A DNA stretch of 62,919 bases, filler included, from Octopus bimaculoides (lineage: Eukaryota): the NCBI RefSeq assembly GCF_001194135.2. It is 4 parts of 4 records of this genome, joined end to end, with 100 filler letters (N's around TTAATTAATTAA, not from the genome) between each part and the next. Parts side by side here need not be neighbours in the genome. Positions count along the whole stretch, not along the records: positions 1 to 16,874 come from NC_068981.1; 3 more parts are not named here. One strand, 5' to 3'. Position numbers and translations under genes: made by a program. Numbering within the stretch: position 1 is the stretch's first letter; every line of letters begins with the position of its first letter. Below, piece by piece: positions 1 through 14,399 of the stretch. The notes beneath the pieces were generated by a model. That model worked only from the letters and a program-made list of their open reading frames with translations, was not told where the DNA came from and ran no database searches.

Positions 1-88
1 CTCTCTCTCTTCGCTTATTCTTTCTTTATTCTCATTTTCATTTCTTTTTTACATTGATTCTAGTACGATCCAAGGTCAGTGTCCCTGT

Positions 89-134
<46 letters not shown>

Positions 135-1450
135 CGTCTGTGTCTGTATCTGTATTTGTGCGTGTGCGTGTGGTTTGTGTCCACCCGTCTGTGCACTAAC
201 TTTCCCCATCATGCACTGTTTTTACTCTACTGACTCTGGCTAAAACAAAAACGCAGGTAACATTAGCCAACCATATACTCCCATTTCACTGTTGTCTAGA
301 TTCCAATACTCTTACACATTTTCGTTCTTCTGCTTATGTATGTATGTATGTATGTATGTATGTACGTACGTATGTATGCATATAAGTTTGCATGTATGTA
401 TATGTGTATATATGTATGTATGGCATAGGATGAGTGGTGGTAAGCCTGTTTCGTGTCGAATCCGCGCAGCTATTTCGATTCTTTGTCGAATGAGTGCCAT
501 ACGTATTTGTTGTATCAAAAACTCTTTTCCCAAACAGAATACCTGCATTATTTCTTATGATGCATGAATGACGCATACTTCATAAAAGAATACAATGGGA
601 AACAGGTCCAATGAAAGCTCTCTCTTGTTCACAATTATTAATTTTATAGTGATCTATATATAGAAAGACACATGCTCATATAGCTGTACCATATACACGC
701 GAAAACGCATTAATACTAAAGAAGCAATGCTCAGCTTTATTTTAGCGCCATCTTAAAGAAAATATACGTACTACCATACATAATATATAGTACTGGCGTA
801 CCTTGGATGTTGTCATAAAGTGTTCTTTTGTGACAAATCTAGCTACTCTTGCTTAAGTATAAACATACGAACTTTGTGCTATTTCTATACATAACATGAC
901 TTCTGTACGTAATACGACTTCAACCTTATTTAACCATTGTTTTTGAATGTATGGTAGTTGTTGTCACAAGATGTACCGTTGTTTTGAATAAATATATAAC
1001 TATTTCTAGCTATAATACTTGTTCAACCTAGCTTGATCTTTGCTCCTGAGTGAGTATGATGAAATTTGAAAACAAATTACCACAAGGTGGACTTTGTGAT
1101 ACTGCAAGAGCAGAAATATATCACACATGTGAGTGTGCGGTGCCTACAAAGGGCTCGCATATGTGACGTCTTCTCCAGAGAGTGCATTATTCTCCTGAAA
1201 ATATTGTAATCAACGAGGACTTCAATGCTGCTATCACAATTAAACTGAAACAACTAACTACAATTACACGACCGAACAGTAACCGATTACAAACAGACAG
1301 AAGGAATGAAGCCTCTTGACGGTTGTTGCAAAACTATCGAATGGGAAATCATCTAGGAGAGACCTGATAGTCAGTTATTGGTATAGAAAATTCGTTAAAC
1401 TTTTTAAAAGAGCAATTCAAACTGAGATAATCGATAAAATCACAAACTAC

Positions 1451-1977
1451 CTTCCCCCAACTGTTAAACATGGAGGATGATCTGTGATGATCTAGAGTGG
1501 GAGCTATATCTTGGAAATCTGCCGGCCCAATGGTTTCCCTTCATGGCAGAATTAATAGTCAAGACTATTTAAGCGTTTTATCTGATCAAATTCATCCTAT
1601 GGTTGCGGAACTGTTTCCGGAGGGAAACGCAATCTTTCACACAGCTAAAGTTGTTACTGAATGGCATGAGGAGCATTCTAGTGAAGTTGAACATCTTATC
1701 TGGTCACCACAGTCCCCATATCTCAATATTATCGAACATTTATGGTGCATTTTAGAAAAACAAGTAAGGAGTCGATATCCTCCCCCATGATCACTACAAG
1801 AACTGGAGACTATCTTAGCTGAAGAATGGACAAAAATTCGTTTGGAAACAATTCAAACTTTATATGAGTCCATACATCGTAGAATTCAGGTTGTAATTAC
1901 TTCCAAAGGCAGTCCCATCCCATATTAAAATAAATTTGTTTGAAATTTTAAGTTGCTTCCATTATTTTGTCCAAACC

Positions 1978-1982
<5 letters not shown>
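1451..1982 (+). mobile_element. Tc1-family DNA transposon, decayed 3' part (transposase pseudogene plus right TIR)
   Basis: Translates as PTVKHGG*SVMI, GAISWKSAGPMVSLHGRINSQDY, WSPQSPYLNIIEHLW, and ends SKGSPIPY* at 1928, all typical Tc1 motifs. The right end ttccattattttgtccaaaccgtg is followed by TA at 1981-1982. In-frame stops are present and no left TIR was found. Confidence 0.9.
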
Positions 1983-2017
<35 letters not shown>

Positions 2018-3014
2018 GGGTGTGTGTGTGTGTTTGTGTGCGTGTGTGATTATATATGTACACACGCAGACACCACATACATACGCATGCACAATACACT
2101 AGTTATATAACAGTGTGTCAGTCTCCTCTAATCATCTCTTAATTACCTCGTTAATTAAAAAATCATTATGCCAGTTGAATGCTTCAATGCGTCACACTGA
2201 TGACTGATTTCCTTCCAAGCTGGGAATCCTCAGTGTAGTAAAGAATCGAATATTGGATGTTTGAATTTATAGATGGATCGGAGTCCGGCTCGGATTTGGT
2301 AAAAACGTGTGTGATATTGACTTGATACGTTTGTTGCAGCGTTTTTTTTTTTTTATCATATGTTTTTAAGTATTAAAATAGGTGGTTTGGCCGATAGTGA
2401 TATTTTTGTCTTAAAGATATACATGAATATTGATTTCTTGTTTTTCTTCTTTTGTTTTGTTTTACATTTTTATTTTTAGTTGGGTCAGCTTTTGTGGTGA
2501 GTATCTAATAATGGTAATTTTCCAATGTATCGCAATAAAAAGGAAAACTGTCATAGAAGATGCAATAAAACGCATAGTGGAATACAAATGTTGGTCCAGT
2601 ATATATATATACATATACATACATACACGCATAAATATGCTGAACCGGTATATTGTGTGTGGGGGGGGGGCGTGTGTGCGCTTATGTATGCGTGGTTGTG
2701 TTGTTGTACCTCAGGACTATCATTATGCAAGAAAGCAAAATATATTATTATATATATATATGCATTCATATGTGTGTGTGTATGTGTGTGTATACATATA
2801 TATACATATGTATACATATATATACATATGTATATTTATATATGTATGTATGCATGCATGTATGCATGCATGTATGTATGTATGTATGTATGTATGTATG
2901 TATTAGAGACAGAAAATGCAACTATTTCTATAAACTTTACGGATGCCAAGGAATTCCTGAAGTAAATCTTGTAACATATGCATCCCTACGGTTCTTGACA
3001 TCAGGTTACCAAAA

Positions 3015-3713
3015 GCTGTGAACAAGGAGGACTTTTTCGGCAGACTTATTTCACAGGATGAAGCATAGGTCCATCACTATGAACCCAAGACTAAGGTCCA
3101 GTCGAAGCAATGGAAGCATGATAGCTCACCACTTCGAAAGAAAGCTTGTGTCCAACCCTTAGCAGGCAAGGTAATGCTCACAGTCTTTTGGGGCCAGCGC
3201 GGAGTAGTGAAGATGGATTTTCTGGCAAAGGGCACCACGGTTAACAGGGCAATATTTCCCCCCCCCCTGCTACAGAAATCGCGGGACGCTATCAAAACAG
3301 AGAGGCGTGGCATCCTTGCCAAAGGAGTCCGCCTTCTCCAAGACAACGTCTCAGTTCACAATATGCATGTTGCCCAGATGAAAGCACACTCCTGCGGCTA
3401 TGAAATCCTTCCGTATCCCTCTTACTCTCCCCACCTCACACCATCTTACTTCCACATCTTTCCTTCCATGGAGTCCTTTTTGAAGGGGAAACACTTTTCG
3501 GATGATGAAATTATTTCCGAGGTAAAGTCTTGGCCCCAGACGCAACCTGCCAACGTCTACAGACGACATCTTCACAGCTGTATAAAGCGATGAGAGAAGT
3601 GTGTTACCATTGGTGGTGGGTATCTAGAGAAGGACTAATGAGTATGCCAAGTTTCGTTTCTCCCAGTCCTTGGGAAGTGGGCCAGGGAAAATCTTTAATG
3701 AACACCCCTCGTA
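3015..3713 (+). mobile_element. mariner (DD34D-type) transposon, decayed 3' part with right TIR
   Basis: Translates as FGRLISQDEA*VHHYEPKTKVQSKQW, GKVMLTVFWG, LLQDNVSVH, LPYPSYSPHLTPSYFHIF and GGGYLEKD*. The end ctttaatgaacacccctcg at 3711 is followed by TA and resembles a mariner TIR. Confidence 0.92.
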
Positions 3714-4031
3714 TATGCATATATGTATGTATATATGTGTGTGTGAGTATATATATATATATATATATACATACATACACTGGATTATATCGGACAAATG
3801 AGAGACCTGCTCAGTGCGCAGTATTAGCGATCGCAGGACAAACTAAATTTCAATAAAAGTGCACCCGCGCGCACACAAATATATATGATAAGCTTCCGTA
3901 CAGTCTTCGGAAACCAAATTCCGCTCAAAACCTGAAAATATAGATGAATACTGTCGAAAAAGGGTACTGAGGCCAGAAATATATGGTTGGAAACCAAACT
4001 CTTATCTACATAGCCTGGCCTGCGCCAATTC

Positions 4032-4062
<31 letters not shown>

Positions 4063-4075
4063 CATACATACATAC

Positions 4076-4106
<31 letters not shown>

Positions 4107-4261
4107 CATACATACATACATACATACTCACACACTCACAAACATGCATATACATACATATATACATGTATCTGTGGGGACAGTTTGTATACAATCGACT
4201 TTAGTTAGAATTAAAAGGTTAATAAGATTGGTAACTTGCTAATTTTATCAAGTATATTTTT

Positions 4262-4520
4262 TTCTTTTATTTCTTTTGCTTGTTTCAGTCATTTGGCTGC
4301 AGCAATGCTAGAGCACCGCCTTTAGTCGAACAAATCGACCCTAGGACGCATTCTTTGTAAACCTAGTACTTATTTTATCGGTCTTTTGCCGAAATGCTAG
4401 GTTACGGGGACGTTAACATCCCAACATCGGTTGTAAAGCGATGGTGAGGAGACAAACATGCACACACACATACACACATATATACGACAACGTCTTTCAG
4501 TTAACATCTATCAAATCCAT
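4262..4520 (-). mobile_element. SINE family A, 3' two-thirds, diverged
   Basis: Colinear with the full-length copy at 61714-62139 (ttgtttcagtcatt..gagcaccgcctttagtcga..cctagtacttatt..ggacaaaca(CA)n..tacgac). Confidence 0.85.
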
Positions 4521-5059
4521 ATTTGCCATTTTAATTAATAATTTCTCTATTAACTTCTGAAAGCTATATGATGACAGATTTATATAAATCAACAGTCATG
4601 GAAAACAAATATGCCGCTTATACTCAATTAAATTGCATCCAATTTTTCATAGTTTTCATTATCAATGGAATGTCCTAGTTTCAAAATAAATTTTAGTGGA
4701 ACGTATAAGATAGCCAGATACGGTGAATGCACGAAATTTTTTTCTGTCAAATTGTTCAATCCTGGAAGGAGAAATTTTTTGCAGTATGGAGATGTTCATT
4801 ATTATTTTGATTCACCAAAGAACACCCTTCTTCAGTGTTCTTTGGAAAATGAAAATAAAGCACACCTCACCCGAAATATTCAGAGTACATTTGATCTGTG
4901 ACTGTTTGGTTAGACGTCAGAAATTCGAACTGAATAACACCACCCATATCCCCACCAGACACTCATGTAATCCTTATTAGAGTTCAGACTTTGCTTGAAG
5001 CTTTTTCCCCTACCCTAATGGAAACTACTGTCATTTATATTTTACACTTTTGCAAAGTG

Positions 5060-5417
5060 TTAAGCATGGAAAACTTTTCTTCACCAGTAATAAGGTAATG
5101 CATAAACGGAGGTTGTATTTTGAGTGAAAAGCAAGGCAGCTATCGATACATTCCCGCCGATCTTGATCGATTAGTTCACTAGGAATCCATTTACTGAAAT
5201 TAGAGACCATTCCGAATTTTCTAAAATTGCCATGGACAGGAGGTGATAGACGCCACACTTCAACAGTTGTGTTGCCATTGCTCTTATGTACTGCAATCAT
5301 CAATTCATCACGAAAGAAAACATTACGTACATTACAAGAATTTTGGGGGCTGAAATCCAATTCACGAAATTTTTTTGTATCATCGTTGGCACTTTCGCAT
5401 ATACAAAATACTCTCAT
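5060..5417 (-). mobile_element. highly decayed mariner transposase N-terminal fragment
   Basis: The minus ORF contains KKFRELDFS, FRDELMIAV and SKWIPSEL, and after a frameshift LITGEEKF. These resemble the mariner motifs KKFRSGDFSL, DDELKA, KWVPHEL and IVTGDEKW. Confidence 0.55.
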
Positions 5418-6428
5418 AAAGTTTCTATATATTTTTCACAGCAACATTAACACAATTTCTCTTTTTGAACTAATGAAGAAGGTCTTTGGTAAACTCCATA
5501 GCTGTGATAGGTTATTCATACAATTGCTAATTTAAACCATCTGGTACTGTGTCTATCATTAAAACTATGTATTTTCTGCAAACTGGTGCTAATGAAATGT
5601 TGAAAGCTTTGGCTTATATGAAGTGATACAAAACTGAAAATATAATTTAAGATATTACAATACAAACATGCGCGTAAGCACGCGCGCGCACACACACATG
5701 TATGCATATGTGTGTCTATATATATATAGACACGCCGTTCTCGTCTGGTAACCGCATAGACTTCAAACATAAAGGGTTCAACCATTTCTTTAACGTATTT
5801 AATGGAACTCAAAATATTTACATTGTTTCTCTAGTCATATCTGTGGCAGAATGAGTTTAGAAAATAATACATACCACGTCATACGTTTTATAGTTTAGAG
5901 AGTAGCAGAAGAAATAGTGGGGGTTAGTTACCTTTGTTTAGAAAACTTAGCAAGGTGCCTCAATTTAAGTAACTAATTCAACGGAATCCTAAATTTATAT
6001 ATATATATATATATATATATAATAAATGTCAAAATTAATTACCTGTATGCCAGTGTGTTACACTTTGAGCTCCCTCTCTCACTACTCAATAACACTTCCT
6101 CATGGTGGGGTGAGAGTAATAGTAGGCATAGCGACGGTGAGGGTGGTGGCGAAGACAGATAGAGAGATAAAGAAAGAAAAAGAGGTGGGGAAGAGGGAGA
6201 CAAAGAAATTTAGCGAGAGTAGATGATGTTTTTATTAAAATAAGTGGTGTTGATTGATAGTGGAAATGGAAATAATAATAGAGGAGGGAGAAAAAGAGGG
6301 AGATGATACACGACTTCCCTGGACAAAAATTCCTGTGGCCAGCATACTGAACTAACTGCTGAACACTATCATTTTTGTTTTTTTAATACATACATATATA
6401 TGTATGTGTGTGTGTACATATATACACA

Positions 6429-6480
<52 letters not shown>

Positions 6481-6488
6481 TATATATA

Positions 6489-6591
6489 TTTATATATGAC
6501 GTTGACCACTAACGTGGACATTCAATGTGCTAGAAATAGATCACATCTTGCACATTGAATGTCCACGTTAGTGGTCAACGTCATATATAAA
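6489..6591. repeat. perfect 42-bp inverted repeat with 19-nt loop
   Basis: 6489-6530 is the exact reverse complement of 6550-6591. Confidence 0.97.
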
Positions 6592-8445
6592 AATGTACTT
6601 TAATCCCCTGAGATTGCAGATACTGTTTCTGAATCTCTTTGATTCTTTAAATGTGCTAGCTTCCTGGTAATTAATCGATATTAATTAATATATGATTTTT
6701 TTACCCTATTTTTTAATAATATATATATATAACACTTTAATGAAATACAGTTTCCCTAAAATTAAACATATCCAATATAATAAATGTGAATGTCAGTTTG
6801 TCAGTGTGTCAGTGTGTCACACTTTTTCACCTTTATGCCAAGAGGTCGTAGCCCAACCCGATGTTGATCACGGTATTTTATAAATTAATTATTAAACATA
6901 ACCATTCCTGTGCTAATGTTGAAAACCTATAGAACTTACTTCATCACTAGTTCAAAGAATTCAGTTTTATATCATTAGGACCCCCGATATATATCTTTTA
7001 TATTCCCGTGAAATGATAATTCATATAATATTATCTGACAACCAAATAAATTGTCGTCTATAGCGAAGAGATTTAAAGCTATTACCTCAGTCCACCTAAG
7101 CATATATACCTACTATGTGTGGACAGCACTCAAGATAGTAATTAGAAGCGGTACTATGTAATTAATCTATGTTTGGTGAATTATGCCAGAAGCCGTGAGG
7201 AGCATTCCGGTGTACTCTCCATGTATGATACTGAAATATCTGGGATCACTAGCATTTTCATTCATGTTCATGCCATATAATCATCTCATCTGTAATTATT
7301 GAGCATTGTATGCTAAATGTCATAATAATTATATATCTTGTGTACACAGAAACCAATGTATATTTCAAAACAAATTTTCGCTAGTAATGATATTCCTAAC
7401 ATAAATAATGCTTGTTTTTTTTTGTTTTTTTTTTCACTAAGTTGAAACATATAAGCTGGTGCGTAAACTTCAAGAGAAAAATAAATGTTCGGTAATGGCT
7501 TCTACTTTTCAACAATAAACTTAATATGTTGTTTACACGCAATTCTCATCTTATTCTTGAATATAATTTGTTTTCCAAATCTACAAGTTCCATATTGCTG
7601 ATATAACTACTTTCTTCTGTGTTTTCTACTCAATCACATCATAAGTGAACGTTTGCTTTACTTAACGAAATATCAAAAATATTATTTTTTTTTTTTTTAA
7701 ATAAAGAAAATGAAAGACTTACAATTTGTAAAAATAATATTGAGAAATTGAGTTTTAACCACATGAAAGCCTAATAAATACAATACTAGTAAACAAAGCT
7801 TATAGCTTTTAAGTGAAGCAAACGCCTGGACAGTGGAATCATATGTTATTCATTTCTTATTGGCCGTTTCTTTCACTCTTACTTCAATCCGATAGCAATA
7901 GTGGTATTGCCATGTTGGTAAGAATATTTAATGAATTATTGCAATATAAAGCAATATCACATCCTTGTGCATAGCTGCAACTGCACAAAGAAAAATCCTT
8001 CGAGAAGCAGCACATTAGTATTTGCAGTGCTAAAATAATACATAGTTTCATGCTGGTGCAGTTGACTGCATAGAATTATGTTAACATTAGCACAACTGTA
8101 GTGATAGCAGCTAACCGTTACAATTATATCACTTGCATGGCATAGAGATAAATTAATCTCCCTATAGATGTTAAATGGTCACTTAAATAGAATCATAAAG
8201 CCATTATCCATATACAACTCCATTGACACGGGTTCGCTTTAAATAATGATTAGTTTGTGATTATGAAAATCCCATTAATGCAATATACAGATAATTGTAA
8301 CTACAATATTATCATAATAAATATAAAACAATGAAACCCGTATAAAAATACCATAATAAGAAAATAAACGATCAATTCATTAATGTCTGAATGAAGAAAT
8401 TATCTCAATAGAGCGACAATAAAAATACTGTCAGTCTGTCTATCT

Positions 8446-8555
<110 letters not shown>

Positions 8556-11066
8556 CTGTTTATCATCAATCTGTCTGTTTCTCTATCTGTCTATCTATCC
8601 ATATGAAAGATCCGAATGTTACATAATATATAAGAAATGAGACCACTCAAGGCCAAATATAAAGTATCTAATTTGTGACAGCCACATTTTTGCTATTTAT
8701 GCTAAGTACATGAAACTATCAGCGGGTCATCAATGACATCATTGATAGCTATGCTATCCATCATTGCAACAATAAAATACAGGCACTGAATACTTACAAT
8801 ATCTACGACTTGATATAGTCGAAATATCATGTGCAATGTATAACTATGATCCATATAAAATCAATTATAATAGCTATAATACTACCAGCTCAATTTAATC
8901 GTAACAATTTCATGTCAGTAACACTATGTATTGCTACAAAAATGCTTGTTATGAATGTAACCATAACCATCATACTAATACCTCATTATAACCACCAAAT
9001 CGATTGTTGTATCATTTATCTTCACCATCTACTCTATGTAGTTACACATTTCAGAATATGCAGTCAAATATAATTTATACAGACTAGCCACGAAACAGCT
9101 AAACAGTTTTATGGTCGTTTGTTTAAACGCTTGCAGGATCCACATATTTTAGTGCAGTTGAAGTGGTTAATGCAGGTTAGTAGAAACATATATCAGGAGA
9201 TGTGATTGAGTATAGTTGTACCTGTTAGGATGGGCGTAAGTTTGTTTTGTCATCCGGATGCAGTCTGCAATATGCGGACGGGCAAGCACTTAGGTAGACA
9301 CACACACACGGAGGGAGAGATAGATAGATAGAGAGAGAGAGGGAGGGAGGGAGGGAGGGAGACGGACAGAGAGACAGACAAACACAGACAAAAAGATAAA
9401 CATACATGCATGCGTATATATATTATATATGCAAGTGTAGTAGTAGTAGTAGTAGTAGTAGTAGCAGCAGCAGCAACAGCTACAATCAAAAGCAGGTGCA
9501 TCATATGTAAGCAGTATCCTAACATAAGGCATATTTATACTTTGTGAAGCGTCAGTATCTGCCAGAACTGTCTATTTTTCTCTCGTAAGAGTAGCTCCAG
9601 CCTTTGAGACACAGGGCTGTTTAAATGAGAAATATACCGCATTGTTGAGATGTTTGTGTACATCGTTAAGACTTGCTGCTTTATGGAGCAAGAACTTCTA
9701 GACTTTATAGTGTTCATGGTTATATTGGTAGGCCAGTGTTTGTATCGTAGAGACAAGACTAGTTTCATAGGTGTAAGACGTATAAACCTGAATCACAGGA
9801 GTGAAATAATGTAAAAGTACTGTCTGTATGCAAAGGAGGTGTATTTCATCAGAATACATTTATGAGCGGTAGATGTGAGTAATAAACACTATAGTTCATG
9901 TACAGTGGAAGGATCAGAAAAATAACTGGACCTCCTATTACTGTCAAGATAAGATATGCATAATGAGAATGTGGGTATTGGGGAGAGCCTCGTCAATATA
10001 TTCTCTGATTGACAGACCTCTACAAAATCCAGAAACCCAGACAGATATGATTTAACAATTATATTAATATAAAAAAAAAAACAAAAAAAAACAATAATTA
10101 CATTTCTATTATTTCTGAAGATCAGTATATAATATAAACCACAAATAATAGTATCTGAGGTAGAAAGAAATTCAAAGTAATATCGAGCAAAAGATTTTCG
10201 TTGTGATAATTGCGATCTATTTCGTGTACATACTAACAACCGGTTAAATAGCTATCACTCCAGTGTTTCTTAGATTTGAAATGCAATCCAGCCCAATAAA
10301 ATGAACCATCATCTTTCAGGTTGGATTAAATTCGTAAAAATAATATACTGAAAACAATTCAATCGACTATTGTTTCTTCACTTGCGTAAAATCAATATTT
10401 TTCATTAAATTACTTCAATCATATCGGAACTTGGCTCCGATAGGCAAATTTTGAGAGAGTCAATGTTGTTTGAGAAAGAAGAGATATGCTCTGAGTGGAA
10501 ACAATTGACACAGAAATGGTTGCAGGTGATTCGCTTTGTTTTGAGAATTAATTAGATAATGTTTGAGAAGATAAAAACCAAGTTGAAACAAATTACTATA
10601 AATAATAAAAACTGACTCTCCTTGGGCTTAGTTCCAGCAAGATTTTTTTTTTCTTCAAACTCATGAATTTCTATAAAATCTTGGTGATTGCCAATTTTAA
10701 GCTTTAGTTCTCTTGAAACACATTTGTTTATGTTATCACTGTGTACCATTTGAGAATAATCTTGGAAGCTTTATCCAGATAAGAATGTGGTGAAAAATTT
10801 TGAATAATATTACAAGAATCCTTCACAGAATACAGAAGAGAAATGGAAACGGTCAATTCTGGAATATAAGCATTGTTTGTAAAATAAAACTCTATGCAGC
10901 ATTGTCATCAGTTCACAAGTTATCCAAAGATCAACAGTTGACATATGCTACTGTTATCTTTGGAATCGTATAATGCCAACCCGTTCTATGTAACATTTCA
11001 AAACTGCTGAAGAAGTGATAAGTGTGTGTCAAAAGATATCATACATATCGCTCAGTGAAAATTAAA

Positions 11067-11236
11067 TCTCTCTCTCTCTCTCTCTTCAATTTCTCACTGA
11101 GTTATTTTCTGCAGCTCTCTCTCTCTCTCTCTCCGCTGTCTCTCTCTCTCTCTCTCTCTCTTTCTCTTTCTCTCTCTCTCTTTCTCTCTTCTCTCTCACT
11201 CCGTCTCCTTTTCTTCCTCTCTTTCTCATCCACTCC

Positions 11237-11320
<84 letters not shown>
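11067..11320. repeat. (CT)n-rich polypyrimidine microsatellite
   Basis: Direct reading; source of the RE/SL pseudo-ORFs. Confidence 0.95.
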
Positions 11321-11323
<3 letters not shown>

Positions 11324-12258
11324 TAGAGATGTATGCAAGGCTTATATCCGTTTGTATATATGTGTCTGTATAGAGGTTTGTGACAATACATATGTCTAAA
11401 GTCACATATATCTGCAGGTGGAAACAACGGTTATAAGGATTAAACTCAATTTATTTTGTCACTAATTTAGTAAGTTAAATTTATTAAAGACTCTACATTA
11501 GACTAGAAACCATTTCATTGTGGACTTTCTTATCAGCTTTTATAAACGTCTAAATGAAACAAAGTAGATAGCTAGAATTAAATTCCATTATTCAATAAAC
11601 TTCTTAGACAAAGTGATATCTGTAAACTGCGTATTTAAGTGTCCTTTTGAAAAGACTTATTTCTTATTATTCGAAGAAAATGTGCGAAGAAATAACGTTA
11701 AGAAGGAGACAGTTCGCCATCTGTAGTATTGTCAGACGCAGTTTAAACTCCCAAGAGGATATTTCTACATATACGGAAACATTTTGTTAAAGTTACTTAA
11801 GATTTCTAAATCGATTATTACACATTAACTGGTTTCTGCGTCAATAGAAATTTATGTCAATGTATGTGTTCTTACAAACAGCAGGAAAGCCAATACTCAA
11901 TACACACTGATACAGAATCTCATACAAGCTCATAACACACACACACAAACACATGCACACACACATGCATGTGTGTATGTATACGTGCGTATATGTATAT
12001 ATATATTCATGTATATATGCAAATGTATGCACACACAGGCACACACACACGCACTCACACATACACATATAGGTGTTTAACGTATATGCATATATAATAT
12101 GCTAAAAATTGATAAAACATTATCTGATATAGTTCTCAATATGAAATGTACAACGACATAAACATTCTTTAGCTGTAAAATAATGAGTTTTTTTTTAAAG
12201 TTTCACTAAGATGGGTCAACTAGATTTTAGCTTGAAAGATAAAAGTTCTATCGTATAC

Positions 12259-12317
<59 letters not shown>

Positions 12318-13584
12318 TAAAAGTGACTGACTATTTCATATAAACTGTCTTTCTCTCTGCATCTTTTTCCCTCTCATCCCTTTCTGTCGAACAGCGTTAG
12401 CACGAAACTTCACAGACTTTTCTATTCGTCTTGAGTGTCAAACTAATACACCTGCTTGTTATTTCCTTACCAATCTTCGTTTTTCGTTTTCTGTAAATTT
12501 GAACTCCATAATAAATGGGTTTTAAGATTAGTGGATAACAGAGATGAGAGATACGCTTAGTGGCAAGATTAAGTCAATTACTTTAGATAAAAGAGGCGAG
12601 GACTTCAAAGTGTTGGATATGTATGTGTGTGCGTATGTGTTTGTTTGTTAGTTTGTGTGTGCGTGTGACTAGTGTATAAGATGTTTGTAACTGTGTTGAT
12701 GATTAAGAGTTGGTATACAAATAGTAGAAGCTGTTATTAACGAGATTATTTTTTAAAATAAATTGAATTGTACTCGAAATAGAATGATAGTTTAATAATT
12801 AATTTCTGGTGTTAGCGATTGTATTACTTCTTTTTTAATAAAAGAGACATTTTTAAAATGAGCAAAATGGAGAGATGAAAGAATGAAGTGAAATAAATTG
12901 AAAAATAGGAAAAAAGAGCGGATTTTCAAATGAAGATGTGCAGTAAAAGAATTTAAGTGATTACTTGACATGTATGTGTGCTTATGTATATATATATATA
13001 TANNNNNNNNNNNNNNNNNNNNNNNNNNNNNNNNNNNNNNNNNNNNNNNNNNNNNNNNNNNNNNNNNNNNNNNNNNNNNNNNNNNNNNNNNNNNNNNNNN
13101 NNNNNNNNNNNNNNNNNNNNNNNNNNNNNNNNNNNNNNNNNNNNNNNNNNNNNNNNNNNNNNNNNNNNNNNNNNNNNNNNNNNNNNNNNNNNNNNNNNNN
13201 NNNNNNNNNNNNNNNNNNNNNNNNNNNNNNNNNNNNNNNNNNNNNNNNNNNNNNNNNNNNNNNNNNNNNNNNNNNNNNNNNNNNNNNNNNNNNNNNNNNN
13301 NNNNNNNNNNNNNNNNNNNNNNNNNNNNNNNNNNNNNNNNNNNNNNNNNNNNNNNNNNNNNNNNNNNNNNNNNNNNNNNNNNNNNNNNNNNNNNNNNNNN
13401 NNNNNNNNNNNNNNNNNNNNNNNNNNNNNNNNNNNNNNNNNNNNNNNNNNNNNNNNNNNNNNNNNNNNNNNNNNNNNNNNNNNNNNNNNNNNNNNNNNNN
13501 NNNNNNNNNNNNNNNNNNNNNNNNNNNNNNNNNCTGTGATTTTGGATTTTGTCCCTAATATTATAATATATATATATATACTAC

Positions 13585-13902
13585 GGGACTCCGTCGGTTA
13601 CGACGACGAGGGTTCCAGTTGATCCAATCAACAAAACAGCCTGCTCGTGAAATTAACGTGCACGCGTTTGAGCACCCCACAGACACGTGTACTCCTAACG
13701 TAGTTCCCGGGAAGACTCAGCGTAACACAGAGTGTGACAAGGCTGGCCCTTTGAAATACAGGTACAAGAAAAACAGGAGAAAGAGTGAGAACAATTTGTG
13801 GTGAAAGTTGTGTACAGCAGGGTTCGCCACCTTTCCCCACTTCCGGAGCCTCGTGGAGATTTATGTGTTTTAGCTCAACAAACACTCACAGCGCACGGTC
13901 TG
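13585..13902 (-). mobile_element. SINE family B, head lost in assembly gap
   Basis: Colinear with 44076-44463 (ctccgtcggttacgacgacgagggttccagttgatcc..gctcgtgaaattaacgtgca..). Confidence 0.9.
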
Positions 13903-14399
13903 NNNNNNNNNNNNNNNNNNNNNNNNNNNNNNNNNNNNNNNNNNNNNNNNNNNNNNNNNNNNNNNNNNNNNNNNNNNNNNNNNNNNNNNNNNNNNNNNNN
14001 NNNNNNNNNNNNNNNNNNNNNNNNNNNNNNNNNNNNNNNNNNNNNNNNNNNNNNNNNNNNNNNNNNNNNNNNNNNNNNNNNNNNNNNNNNNNNNNNNNNN
14101 NNNNNNNNNNNNNNNNNNNNNNNNNNNNNNNNNNNNNNNNNNNNNNNNNNNNNNNNNNNNNNNNNNNNNNNNNNNNNNNNNNNNNNNNNNNNNNNNNNNN
14201 NNNNNNNNNNNNNNNNNNNNNNNNNNNNNNNNNNNNNNNNNNNNNTATATATATATATACATACATGCATACATACATACAAACCTACATACATACACAC
14301 ACATACATATATACATAATACACACATATATACATACATACATGCATGCATACATACATACATACATATATCCATGCATACATACATACATAAATATAG

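Noticed and set aside
9535-9787. Candidate minus-strand exon (ttcag|GTTTATACG..CACAAA|gtataa) and a smaller one at ~9232-9291
   Set aside because: Open frames and splice-like signals exist, but I recognise no protein family and cannot exclude chance.
12375-12500. Degenerate terminal repeat with a GAAAC motif, related to 50738-50833
   Set aside because: Probably a Penelope-type terminus, but the core is too decayed to call a ribozyme.
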